Shown here in pieces: positions 26,881 to 35,290 of a stretch of DNA of 64,000 bases (positions are counted from its first letter, which is position 1; the number at the start of each line of letters is the position of its first letter). The translations under genes and the position numbers were made by a program. Source of the DNA: Acidimicrobiia bacterium. Its GTDB lineage: Bacteria > Actinomycetota > Acidimicrobiia > Acidimicrobiales > CATQHL01. The DNA lies in assembly GCA_009840735.1 (NCBI GenBank), contig VXNF01000108.1, positions 10,757-74,756 of the forward strand, read 5' to 3'. The notes below the pieces were generated by a model. The model ran no database searches and had not been told where the DNA came from. It saw only the letters and a list, made by a program, of their open reading frames with translations.

Positions 26881-29736
26881 GTGACTGAGCTGCGGCGGAA
26901 GCTTATTGAGGTGGCGTTGCCGTTGGACGCCATCAACGCGGCGGCGGCGAAGGAGAAGTCGATCCGTCACGGGCACCCGTCGACGCTGCACCTCTGGTGG
27001 GCGCGGCGCCCGCTGGCGGCGTGCCGGGCGGTGCTGTTTGCCTCGCTCGTGGACGACCCCTCCGCGCACCCCGACAAGTTCCCGACTGATGCGGATCAGG
27101 CCGCCGAGCGCAAGCGGCTCTTCGAGATCATCGAGCGCCTGGTGCCGTGGAAGAACAGCAACAACTCCGACGTCCTTGCCGAGGCCCACGCAGAGATAGC
27201 CGCGAGTTGCGACGGCAAACATCCTGCGGTGCTCGACCCGTTCGCCGGCGGCGGGTCAATCCCGCTGGAGGCGCAGCGCCTGGGCCTCGAGGTGCACGCC
27301 TCGGACCTCAACCCCGTGGCGGTGCTCATAAACAAGGCAATGATCGAGATCCCGCCCCGGTTCGCCGGTCGGCCTCCTATCCATCCCGATCAGGAAGGCG
27401 CTGCGGACCTCCGGCAATGGTCGGGCGCGCAGGGCTTGGCCGCCGATGTGCGCTACTACGGGCGCTGGATGCGAGACGAGGCCCAGCGCCGCATCGGCCA
27501 CCTGTACCCGAAGGTCGATCTGCCCCCCGAGCACGGCGGAGGCGAGGCCAATGTGATCGCCTGGTTGTGGGCGCGCACCGTGCCCTCGCCGGACCCTGCG
27601 TGGCGTGGCCACGTTCCGCTGGTGAAGAGCTTCTTGCTGAGCAACAAGAAGGCGCGGCAGGTGTGGGTCCAGCCTGTCGTGGACCGCGCAACGAAGACCG
27701 TGCGGTACGAGGTGCGAACCGACGGCGACGGAGAGCCTCCAGAGGGAACCGTCACCCGCCAGGGCGCCCGCTGTCTCGCCACCGGCGCGGCCATGCCGTT
27801 CGAGCACATACGCGCCGAGGGACGCGCCGGGCGCATGGGTCAACAACTCTTGGCCATTGTGGCCGAGGGCGACCGGCAGCGGGTGTACCTCGAACCGTCC
27901 GCCGAGCACGCCGAGATTGCTCAGGCAACCACCCGAGAGGATGTGCCGACGGGAGAACTCTCGGGCAAGGCTCGCGCGAACGTCGCGAACTACGGCTTGA
28001 CCCGGTGGTCCGACCTGTTCACCGCCCGACAGTTGACGGCCCTCACCACGTTCAGCGACCTAGTGGACGAGGCGAGACAGCAAGCGAAGGCCGACGCCGC
28101 CGCCGCAGTCGGTTGGGTCAACGACCCGACCCTGCTACGGGACGGCGGCTCCGGTGGCGCCGCGTACGCCGAGGCGATCTCGGTCTATCTGGCTTTCGCG
28201 CTCTCAAAGATGGCTGATCGCGGATCGACGATCTGCACATGGTTCACCGCACGGGACTCGACTCGGAACACGTTCGCTCGCCAGGCGATCCCGATGACGT
28301 GGGATTTTGCTGAGGCCAACACACTGCTGGACGGAACCGGATCGTTCCTTGGGGCTGTGGGGTGGACGGCGGAATCAGTTGAGGGCCAGCAGCTGTTCGA
28401 CGCGCTCCCTGGGATTGTCTCGCAACTCGACGCCGCCGAGGCGCCCCGAGCACTCCATTCCCGCGGACAGGCGGAGTCGGGGTCGGGGCCTGTGGGCGGC
28501 GGGCGGCCCGGCGGGGGTCGGGCCGGTTCGCCGCCCTCGGGCTTGTTGGTGTCAACTGATCCGCCGTACTACGACAACATCGGGTACGCCGACCTGTCTG
28601 ACTTCTTCTACGTGTGGCTGCGCCGCTGCCTGGCGTCGGTGTACCCGGACGTGTGCGCGACGCTTCTGGTGCCGAAGGCGCAGGAACTGGTGGCCACGCC
28701 CTACCGCTTCGACGGCGACAGACGGAAGGCCGAAGAGTTCTTCGAGTCCGGGCTCAATCGAGTCTTCGAGCGGCTCGCGGAAGCTCAAGACGAGCGGTTC
28801 CCCATGACCGTGTACTACGCCTTCAAGCAGGCCGAGACCACTGAGGGTGGCGTGGCTTCCACGGGGTGGGAGACGATCTTGCAGAGCCTCATCAACGCGG
28901 GGTTAGTGATTGTCGGCACATGGCCGATTGCCACCGAGCTGAGAACCAAGCCCGTCGCTCTGGGGGCCAACGCCTTGGCGTCCTCGATCGTGCTGGTGTG
29001 CCGCCGGCGCTCGGAGTCGGCGCCGCTGGCGACCCGGCGCGAGTTCCTGCGCGCTCTCGAGGCCGAGCTGCCCGCGGCGCTGCGGCTGCTGCGCGAGGGC
29101 GGCATCGCGCCGGTGGACATGGCACAGGCGGCGATCGGCCCCGGCATGGCGGTGTTCTCTCGCTACGCCCGAGTCATGGAGGCCAGCGGCGAGACGATGC
29201 GGGTGCGCACCGCGCTGGAGCTCATCAACGAGACCCTCGATGAGGTCACCGAGGGCATCGACGCCGAGTTCGACTACGACACCCGCTGGGCGGTCAGCTG
29301 GTTCGCCGAGTACGGCTTCGAGCAGGGCGAGTTCGGCCGCGCCGAGCTGCTCTCGAAGTCCCGCAACACCTCGGTGGCGGGCCTCGCCGAGGCGGGCATC
29401 GTCGCATCCGGCGCCGGCAAAGTGCGCCTGTTGCGCCGCGACGAGCTGGACCCCGACTGGGACCCGGCCACCGACCGCCGCTTCACCGTCTGGGAAGTCG
29501 CCCATCACCTCATCCATAGAATCCACCATGACGGCGAAGCAGCAGCCGCGGCCCTGCTCGGCGCCGTCGGCGGCCACGGCGAGGCCGCCAAGGAGCTCGC
29601 CTACCGCCTCTACCTCGTCTGCGAGCGCAAGGGCTGGGCCGCCGACGCCCTCGACTACAACAGCCTCGTAACCTCCTGGCCCGAACTAACCAAACTCGCC
29701 GCCACCGCAAAACCAACCCAAGCCGCCCTCCTGTAG
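26881..29736 (+). CDS. DUF1156-type DNA methyltransferase (COG1743-like), copy 1, full length, Zn-ribbon cysteines absent
   Basis: 951 aa. N-terminus KLIEVALPLDAIN...HGHPSTLHLWWARRP, AdoMet motif VLDPFAGGGSIPLEA, catalytic DPPYYDNIGYADLSDFFYVWL, long C-terminal domain (DTRWAVSWFAEYGF...). Confidence 0.85.
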   Translation: MTELRRKLIEVALPLDAINAAAAKEKSIRHGHPSTLHLWWARRPLAACRAVLFASLVDDPSAHPDKFPTDADQAAERKRLFEIIERLVPWKNSNNSDVLAEAHAEIAASCDGKHPAVLDPFAGGGSIPLEAQRLGLEVHASDLNPVAVLINKAMIEIPPRFAGRPPIHPDQEGAADLRQWSGAQGLAADVRYYGRWMRDEAQRRIGHLYPKVDLPPEHGGGEANVIAWLWARTVPSPDPAWRGHVPLVKSFLLSNKKARQVWVQPVVDRATKTVRYEVRTDGDGEPPEGTVTRQGARCLATGAAMPFEHIRAEGRAGRMGQQLLAIVAEGDRQRVYLEPSAEHAEIAQATTREDVPTGELSGKARANVANYGLTRWSDLFTARQLTALTTFSDLVDEARQQAKADAAAAVGWVNDPTLLRDGGSGGAAYAEAISVYLAFALSKMADRGSTICTWFTARDSTRNTFARQAIPMTWDFAEANTLLDGTGSFLGAVGWTAESVEGQQLFDALPGIVSQLDAAEAPRALHSRGQAESGSGPVGGGRPGGGRAGSPPSGLLVSTDPPYYDNIGYADLSDFFYVWLRRCLASVYPDVCATLLVPKAQELVATPYRFDGDRRKAEEFFESGLNRVFERLAEAQDERFPMTVYYAFKQAETTEGGVASTGWETILQSLINAGLVIVGTWPIATELRTKPVALGANALASSIVLVCRRRSESAPLATRREFLRALEAELPAALRLLREGGIAPVDMAQAAIGPGMAVFSRYARVMEASGETMRVRTALELINETLDEVTEGIDAEFDYDTRWAVSWFAEYGFEQGEFGRAELLSKSRNTSVAGLAEAGIVASGAGKVRLLRRDELDPDWDPATDRRFTVWEVAHHLIHRIHHDGEAAAAALLGAVGGHGEAAKELAYRLYLVCERKGWAADALDYNSLVTSWPELTKLAATAKPTQAALL

Positions 29737-29756
29737 CTGTGAGCCCACAGGGCAGG

Positions 29757-32132
29757 CTATGTGGTCGCACGGTGACCGCGCAGACGGATGCGGGTTCGTG
29801 AGACTGGCGTGAGTTGGCGAAACTGGGCTCGAACTCGGTCGTGCAGCCGAGAGTCCGGCGACTTGTCGACAAGGGAAACCAGTACCGCAAACGGGATGGT
29901 CTCCGCATAGCTGCTGAGGCGTCCGCCGTTTCGCGCCAGGTACCGGAACTCGAGCGAGGGTCGTTCGACCGCACCTGCTGCCATCCTGAACCGGTAGTGG
30001 CGCACCGTTTCCCATTTGCCTGAATCTCTCAGAGACGGCTCAGTCGGATCGCTCGCTCGGGTAAGCGCCTTTGTCGCCGGCAGGGTGCTTATCTGCCAGC
30101 CCTCCTGCAGTAGCTCACGCGCTTGCTCAGTCCGCAGGTCGTACGTCTGGCTACGCGCTGGACTCGTTCCCTCTGGCGGCCTGAATCGGAACACCTGGTG
30201 GTGTGGGCGGAAGACCATGTCGATCGACGCAGACGTGTATTCCGTTGGCTCGGTGGGTTCGACAGGTGAGAGATAAGCCAGCGTCATTCTGAACTCGAGG
30301 GCGCTCGGGATGTCGTCAGGTAGAGGTAGTCGGTATCCCATAGGGCTGCGGCGGTCGATCTCGTCAACGAAGAGCACATGGACTTCGTGGGCTCCAGACT
30401 CAAGAAGCGGAGCGAACTCAAGCGGGAAGCGTCCGTAGCCGACTTCGTTCATGCGCTTTCGCCAGTGCGGATGCCGGTCGGCATAGTGCACCGCGAAGGT
30501 GCGAAGCACGCTGGGGGTCGCCACCGGCAGGCGTGTCGCCAAGTCCGCTAGGGCGTGTGTGACCAGCGGAGCCGCGAAGCTCGTGCCTGCCGTCGGGACG
30601 AGCGAGCCGTCGACTCCCAGTGCCTCGAACGGGATCTCGTTGGTCCCACCGAACTGCACACCCGTGGGTTGTACGCGATTGCCATGTCGCCCCGGCCCCA
30701 TTGACGAGTAGTCAGCCCGACTCCATGGACGGCTGGGTGGCGGGGCATTGCAGGCTCCGACCGTTATGCCATTCACCATGTCCCCCGGGACCTGAACATG
30801 ATGTAGGCCAAGAACTTGAGGTTGTGTGCCACCGTTCCCGGCGGCAACGACAAAGAGGACGTTGTGTTCCCACGCCAGATGATCCAGTTCACTCGTCCAG
30901 CGGTCAGGCTCATGTGAGTCTTCCGTGGCGAGTTCAGGTCCGATGCTCAGATTGACGATCCCGAGGTCGTTCTCACGTACCGCCTCCACGATCCGGTCGA
31001 GCACCCAGTAGCCAGCGAGGTCCCCTGGGATCTTCTCAGGTGGAACGACACGAAAGCTCTCGACCGGGCACGGTGGCTGACGTAGCGCCGTCTGCGTGTT
31101 CGCTAGACCGAACATGGCTGCGCCGACGACAGCGGTTCCATGGTCCATGTCCTTGGTCGTCGCCGGTTCGGGGGTCAGATCAGAGGTGGGCACGGCGCCG
31201 AAGAGCGAGTTTGCGCCCGGGGAGTGAACCCCACCGTCGAACACGGCTACTCTCGGCTCCTCAGCCGCAGGCTGACGGGTAGCCGGTGGTCCGACCCACA
31301 CATGGCTTCGAGTGGCGAAGCCAGGGAGTGGCCGGATGGCCGGCATTGGTCTCATGGCTCGAAGTGGGTTGAATTCGGCTAGGCGGTCCGCGGCGCCTGT
31401 CGGGATCGTGACCGGGGAGAACGTGAGCCCTCCTACCCGGCGTACGAAGTCGCGGTGGCAATCACCGCCTGTCTCTTCCACGAGTGTGAACCACTTATCG
31501 AGGGTTACTTCGTCAAGTGGTGTGGGCTCCCAGGCGCTGGAAGGGATCGGGTGAAGTACCGCCTCCCAGGTCGTCGTTTCTTGATCCGACTCAGGATCGC
31601 GTAGTACGACCGACTCGGGGGTTGCGATGCCGACATGGTCGAGCTTGCGGATGTCCGAGAAAGCCTGTTGCTCGGACCGGGCACGCCCTGGGCTCTCGAT
31701 GAGATGCCCGAGTCGCTCTAGACCCCTGTCGCTCATTGCGAGGATCACGCGCCGTGTGACGCTCTCGCGCTGCTTGCGCTTCGTCTGATAGACCCCTTTG
31801 TCGGCGTGCGAGCCGACTGGCACAGCGTCGACGGCGCGCAGGAGTGTCTCGGGGAAGTGACTCGCGGCTAGATAGTTGGGTAGCAGACGGGCCTCAACGT
31901 ATAGACGAGAGCCGCGCAATTCCGGGCGCAGGCTGAACGCCTGCTGTGTGACGTCGCGGACCATTGGCAGCAGTAACTCGCGTGCCTGTTCGGGGGTCTG
32001 CGGCTCATACTTCTCTCCGCCGCCCGATGGCGCATCTTCCACGTGAATCCGCAGACGCTCGCCGCCGGTGAGAACACGTCGATCCGGTGCGGGGGCCCGT
32101 GGCACAGCGCCGTCGGGAGGGGTGTCGCTCAC
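29757..32132 (-). CDS. Cytoplasmic S8 (subtilisin-like) serine peptidase with large unknown N- and C-terminal regions, IetS-like
   Basis: The GTG at 32132 overlaps the ATPase stop (GTGA). Triad contexts VAVFDGGV (Asp), DHGTAVVGAA (His) and AGTSFAAP (Ser), with oxyanion NLSIG. No signal peptide at the N-terminus. The track ORF start at 32243 lies inside the ATPase gene. Confidence 0.85.
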   Translation of the reverse strand: MSDTPPDGAVPRAPAPDRRVLTGGERLRIHVEDAPSGGGEKYEPQTPEQARELLLPMVRDVTQQAFSLRPELRGSRLYVEARLLPNYLAASHFPETLLRAVDAVPVGSHADKGVYQTKRKQRESVTRRVILAMSDRGLERLGHLIESPGRARSEQQAFSDIRKLDHVGIATPESVVLRDPESDQETTTWEAVLHPIPSSAWEPTPLDEVTLDKWFTLVEETGGDCHRDFVRRVGGLTFSPVTIPTGAADRLAEFNPLRAMRPMPAIRPLPGFATRSHVWVGPPATRQPAAEEPRVAVFDGGVHSPGANSLFGAVPTSDLTPEPATTKDMDHGTAVVGAAMFGLANTQTALRQPPCPVESFRVVPPEKIPGDLAGYWVLDRIVEAVRENDLGIVNLSIGPELATEDSHEPDRWTSELDHLAWEHNVLFVVAAGNGGTQPQVLGLHHVQVPGDMVNGITVGACNAPPPSRPWSRADYSSMGPGRHGNRVQPTGVQFGGTNEIPFEALGVDGSLVPTAGTSFAAPLVTHALADLATRLPVATPSVLRTFAVHYADRHPHWRKRMNEVGYGRFPLEFAPLLESGAHEVHVLFVDEIDRRSPMGYRLPLPDDIPSALEFRMTLAYLSPVEPTEPTEYTSASIDMVFRPHHQVFRFRPPEGTSPARSQTYDLRTEQARELLQEGWQISTLPATKALTRASDPTEPSLRDSGKWETVRHYRFRMAAGAVERPSLEFRYLARNGGRLSSYAETIPFAVLVSLVDKSPDSRLHDRVRAQFRQLTPVSRTRIRLRGHRATT

Positions 32133-33274
32133 CGCTGCTCCCGGGAGCGTCTGATTGCTGCAGCGACGGTGGGATGGCTCACGCCGAGTCGAGCCGCGAT
32201 CTGACGGTTGGAGAGGCCGAGGTGTTCGCTCATAGCGACACACAGGAGGTCACGGTCGGGGCCCGGCTGGTGTGATCCCTTGGCCAGGGCATCGAGGAGC
32301 ATGTCGCCGACAGTCCCCCCGGCGAGCAGTGAGCGTCGTTGAGCCTTCTCCCACAGGCGCGTCAGATCTGAGCCGCTGGAGCCATCGCTGAGCGCCACGA
32401 CTAACTCGAGCATGGATTCATCGGTGGCCTCGATCCCACCTGCGAGATACCCGAGGATCCGGCGGCGCTCGTCGGGTCCGGGAAGGGGAAGTCGGATGTG
32501 GCGGTCGAAGCGACGGTCAACGGCTGGGTCGAGAATTCTCAGATGATTCGTGGCGGCTACCAGAAGGCTCGCGTCTGGCCACCGGTCCAACTCGAGCAGG
32601 ACGACGTTGACTATGCGCTTCAACTCGCCAATGTCAGTGTCATCGTCGCGGCGCTTGGCGAGAGCGTCGAACTCGTCCAGTAACAGCACGCATGCCCCGG
32701 ACTTGGCGAATTCCAGCGCGGAGCGGATATTGCGACCACTAGTTCCCAGGTAACTGGACACGACCGTCGCGAGGTCGATCGACACGAGAGGCACTCCAAT
32801 CTCCGCCGCCAGCCAGTGAGCTGCCATCGTCTTGCCAACCCCAGGGGGACCGCTCAGCAGCACCGTTCGTGTCAGGCCGACGCCCGCAGCGGCGAGTTCG
32901 TCGGCGCGCGATCGCTCCGCCACGATCTCCGCCAACTCGTCTGCCACGATCGGATCGAGGGTGAGTCCGTCGGCTTCCGGGAAGGGATCAACGCTCACGA
33001 GGGAATGTGTCGTGCCCTCCTCTCGTGGGAGTTCGGGTTCCGCGTAGCGCAGTCCGATGGCGCTGCCGGAAGCCGAGAGAGCCTCGTGCACCGCGGCCCG
33101 GAACTCCGCGGGGTCGGTAACGCCCGGAGGCACCGTTCGCAGTAGCCGCGTCGCAAGCTGGCGAACACCCGCGGCGTACCCGGTTGCGCCCACGCGGACC
33201 AAGTCGAAGACCGCTTGCTCGAGATCTGAAGCCGACTGGTAAGTCTGCGCCCGCATCTTCAGCTTACTTTCCAT
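32129..33274 (-). CDS. Classical-clade AAA+ ATPase with C-terminal HTH, IetA-like
   Basis: Walker A GPPGVGKT, Walker B LLLDEFD, sensor-1 VAATN, Arg-finger region DPAVDRRFD. C-terminal LSNRQIAARLGVSHPTVAAAIRR. Confidence 0.85.
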   Translation of the reverse strand: MESKLKMRAQTYQSASDLEQAVFDLVRVGATGYAAGVRQLATRLLRTVPPGVTDPAEFRAAVHEALSASGSAIGLRYAEPELPREEGTTHSLVSVDPFPEADGLTLDPIVADELAEIVAERSRADELAAAGVGLTRTVLLSGPPGVGKTMAAHWLAAEIGVPLVSIDLATVVSSYLGTSGRNIRSALEFAKSGACVLLLDEFDALAKRRDDDTDIGELKRIVNVVLLELDRWPDASLLVAATNHLRILDPAVDRRFDRHIRLPLPGPDERRRILGYLAGGIEATDESMLELVVALSDGSSGSDLTRLWEKAQRRSLLAGGTVGDMLLDALAKGSHQPGPDRDLLCVAMSEHLGLSNRQIAARLGVSHPTVAAAIRRSREQR

Positions 33275-33585
33275 TCGAGCGGCAACAAGCTGTTCAGCGA
33301 TGATACTAGATTGGAAAGTCAGATCTGTGCAATCCAGCTCACGGCGACGGTGGAGCGGCCACCCAGAAGAACTCCGAGAACATCGGGGTTAGGTCTGATC
33401 GGTCGGTTGCTGCCCGAGTGGAGATGGTCTAGGGGCGGGTTCAACGGTGCGGCGGCGCTCGCGATTGAGCATCAAGTACTCGCGACATTGTGTAAGAACC
33501 TATTGACAATATTGTAGAAGAAGTGCCCCGGGTCCGCTAGGCTGGCGGCATCGAGGACTACATCGCTCGCATTGCTGACCGTGCT

Positions 33586-34794
33586 TTGGCCTCGGATCTG
33601 GGCGGATGGCCCGCCGTCCTGGTCACCGGACCCCGCGCCGTCGGCAAGACCACGTCTGCGCTGCGGTTGGCCGGGTCGGTGCTCCAGCTTGACCGGCCCG
33701 AAGAGCGCGGCCTCGTCCTCGAGGACCCGGACGCGGCGATCTCGGTCGGTCCCTTCCCGCTGCTGCTCGACGAGTGGCAGCACACGCCGGACGTTCTGGG
33801 CGCTGTCAAGCGGGCGGTCGACGCCGACGGTCTTCCTGGGAGTTTCATCATCACGGGCTCGGCCCGCAACGACCTCATTGCGGGCTCGTGGCCCGGCACG
33901 GGCCGTTTCCTGGACGTCCAGCTGTGGCCGCTCACGGGGCGGGAGCTCTTCGGCGATGCGGCCGCGCCGTCGCTCTTCGACCGGTGGGACACGCCGGCGC
34001 GGTTCACGGTCCCGAACGACCCGCCCGACATCTTGGGTTATCTGCGGATCGCTCTGGCCGGTGGCTTCCCTGCTGCGGTCGCCTCGCCCGACGCCGACCG
34101 GCGGGCCCGCTGGATGCGCAGCTATGTGCAGGTTGCGTCGACCCGCGACCTCGGCGAGTTCGACAGCGGCACCGGCCGCCCTCGCAGCCCCGAGCGGATG
34201 CGCCGCTACCTGCAGGCGTGCGCGTTGCACACCGCCGGCGTCGTTGCGGACTCGACCCTCGCGGAGTCCGCTCGCCTGGACCGCAAGACCGCCGCCGGCT
34301 ACCACGAGATCCTCAGCGTCCTGCGTCTCATTGCCGACGCGCCGGCGTGGCGCTCGAACCGCCTGAAGCGACTCACGGCGACGCCCAAGCGCTACCTCAC
34401 CGACGCAGGCCTCGCCGCCTGGCTGGCCGGAGTGGATTTTGACGCCGCCAGGCACAACTCGGACGCGCGGGGCCGCATCATCGAGACGTACGTGGCAGCC
34501 CAACTCCGGGTGGAGGCCGAGGCATCGGGGCGGCCGGTGCAACTCCATCATCTGCGCGCCCAGCGCGGCGAGCACGAGATCGACCTGATCGCCGAATTCG
34601 GCTTCAGGGTCGCCGCGTTCGAGGTGAAGGCGACCAGTGCCCCGACCCGCAAGGACGCCCGGCACATAATCTGGCTGCGAGACCAGATGCCCTCCGAGCA
34701 GTTCGCGGGCGGGGTCGTCTTCCACACCGGTCGCCACCGCCGCCGAATCGACGAAGGCGTCGAGGCCGTCCCCATCGCCGCCCTCTGGGGTTGA
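33586..34794 (+). CDS. COG1373-type AAA ATPase with DUF4143 (PD-(D/E)xK-like) C-terminal domain, paralog 1
   Basis: GPRAVGKTT, LLLDEWQ, C-terminal HEIDLIAE...AAFEVKA. The conserved N-terminal stretch YIARIADRA lies upstream of the first usual start codon (TTG 33586), after a TAG at 33538. Confidence 0.8.
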   Translation: MASDLGGWPAVLVTGPRAVGKTTSALRLAGSVLQLDRPEERGLVLEDPDAAISVGPFPLLLDEWQHTPDVLGAVKRAVDADGLPGSFIITGSARNDLIAGSWPGTGRFLDVQLWPLTGRELFGDAAAPSLFDRWDTPARFTVPNDPPDILGYLRIALAGGFPAAVASPDADRRARWMRSYVQVASTRDLGEFDSGTGRPRSPERMRRYLQACALHTAGVVADSTLAESARLDRKTAAGYHEILSVLRLIADAPAWRSNRLKRLTATPKRYLTDAGLAAWLAGVDFDAARHNSDARGRIIETYVAAQLRVEAEASGRPVQLHHLRAQRGEHEIDLIAEFGFRVAAFEVKATSAPTRKDARHIIWLRDQMPSEQFAGGVVFHTGRHRRRIDEGVEAVPIAALWG

Positions 34795-35021
34795 CGCCCG
34801 ACCCCTCGGATCTCCTGCGCCGAGCAGAATTCGGATTGTCCTGCAGTGACGCGGCTGAGGCGCTGCGCCGCGAGCGATACGCCCGCCGTGTCCGCGCCGA
34901 GTTCGCCGCCCTGCGGGCGGATCCGCAGGGCTGGCAGGCCTACCTGAGCGAAGCGGACCTCACGGCCGTCGCCGATGGCGTCGATTACTCGAGGAATGTG
35001 TTGATCGCAACGGGTTCGTAG
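34791..35021 (+). pseudogene. Probable remnant of an RHH (MazE-like) antitoxin gene, lacking the N-terminal beta-strand and lacking any toxin partner
   Basis: TPDPSDLLRRAE resembles IPDPLFRRAE of the mazE at 26235. The tail RADPQGWQAYLSE...ADG is like actinobacterial MazE tails. The only start is a TTG overlapping the upstream stop, and the last 12 codons are antisense to the DUF4411 gene. Confidence 0.3.
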
Positions 35022-35290
35022 TTCGAGCTGTTCGCCCAGGTGCTTACTTCGCCACGGCTCGGCATGATCGACGGGTCGGGTGATAGGAACAGCTCCGGCC
35101 GTTGTCTTGCCCAAACGGCGAGTTCGTCATCACCGGCCTCGATCTCAGCGCCCACCCGTTCGATGCTGGCCACTGCGCCCGTCGCGCGGGTTCGGTCAAT
35201 CCAGTCCCAGAACGCGGGACAGAAGTCGAACCCGTAGTGCAGGTTCTTGGCCTGGATGAAGACGTTTGCGTCGAGAAGATATCGGGTCAC
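34985..35290 (-). CDS. DUF4411-like PIN-domain protein, C-terminally truncated
   Basis: MTRYLLDANVFIQAKNLHYGFDFCPAFWDWI is a typical DUF4411 N-terminus. It stops after 101 aa, where family members (about 160 aa as I recall) continue. GTGA overlap with the upstream ImmA gene. Confidence 0.6.
   Translation of the reverse strand: MTRYLLDANVFIQAKNLHYGFDFCPAFWDWIDRTRATGAVASIERVGAEIEAGDDELAVWARQRPELFLSPDPSIMPSRGEVSTWANSSNYEPVAINTFLE

Noticed and set aside
29737-29750. The small hairpin ctgtg-agcc-cacag between the convergent methylase copy 1 and the S8 peptidase genes, as a bidirectional terminator
   Set aside because: The stem is only 5 bp, within a 20-nt gap, which is too weak to call. Transcription termination here remains unknown.
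32133-32243. The 5' extension of the S8 peptidase ORF into the ATPase gene (track start 32243)
   Set aside because: It would require a 115-nt overlap. The GTG at 32132 gives the classical GTGA stop-start coupling, and the extension (MCRYERTPRPLQPSDRG...) looks non-protein-like.
33311-33517. 68-aa ORF in the spacer between the AAA ATPase gene and COG1373 paralog 1
   Set aside because: It has no RBS, no motif and odd composition. The spacer more plausibly holds divergent promoters. I could not support an sRNA or peptide gene from sequence alone.
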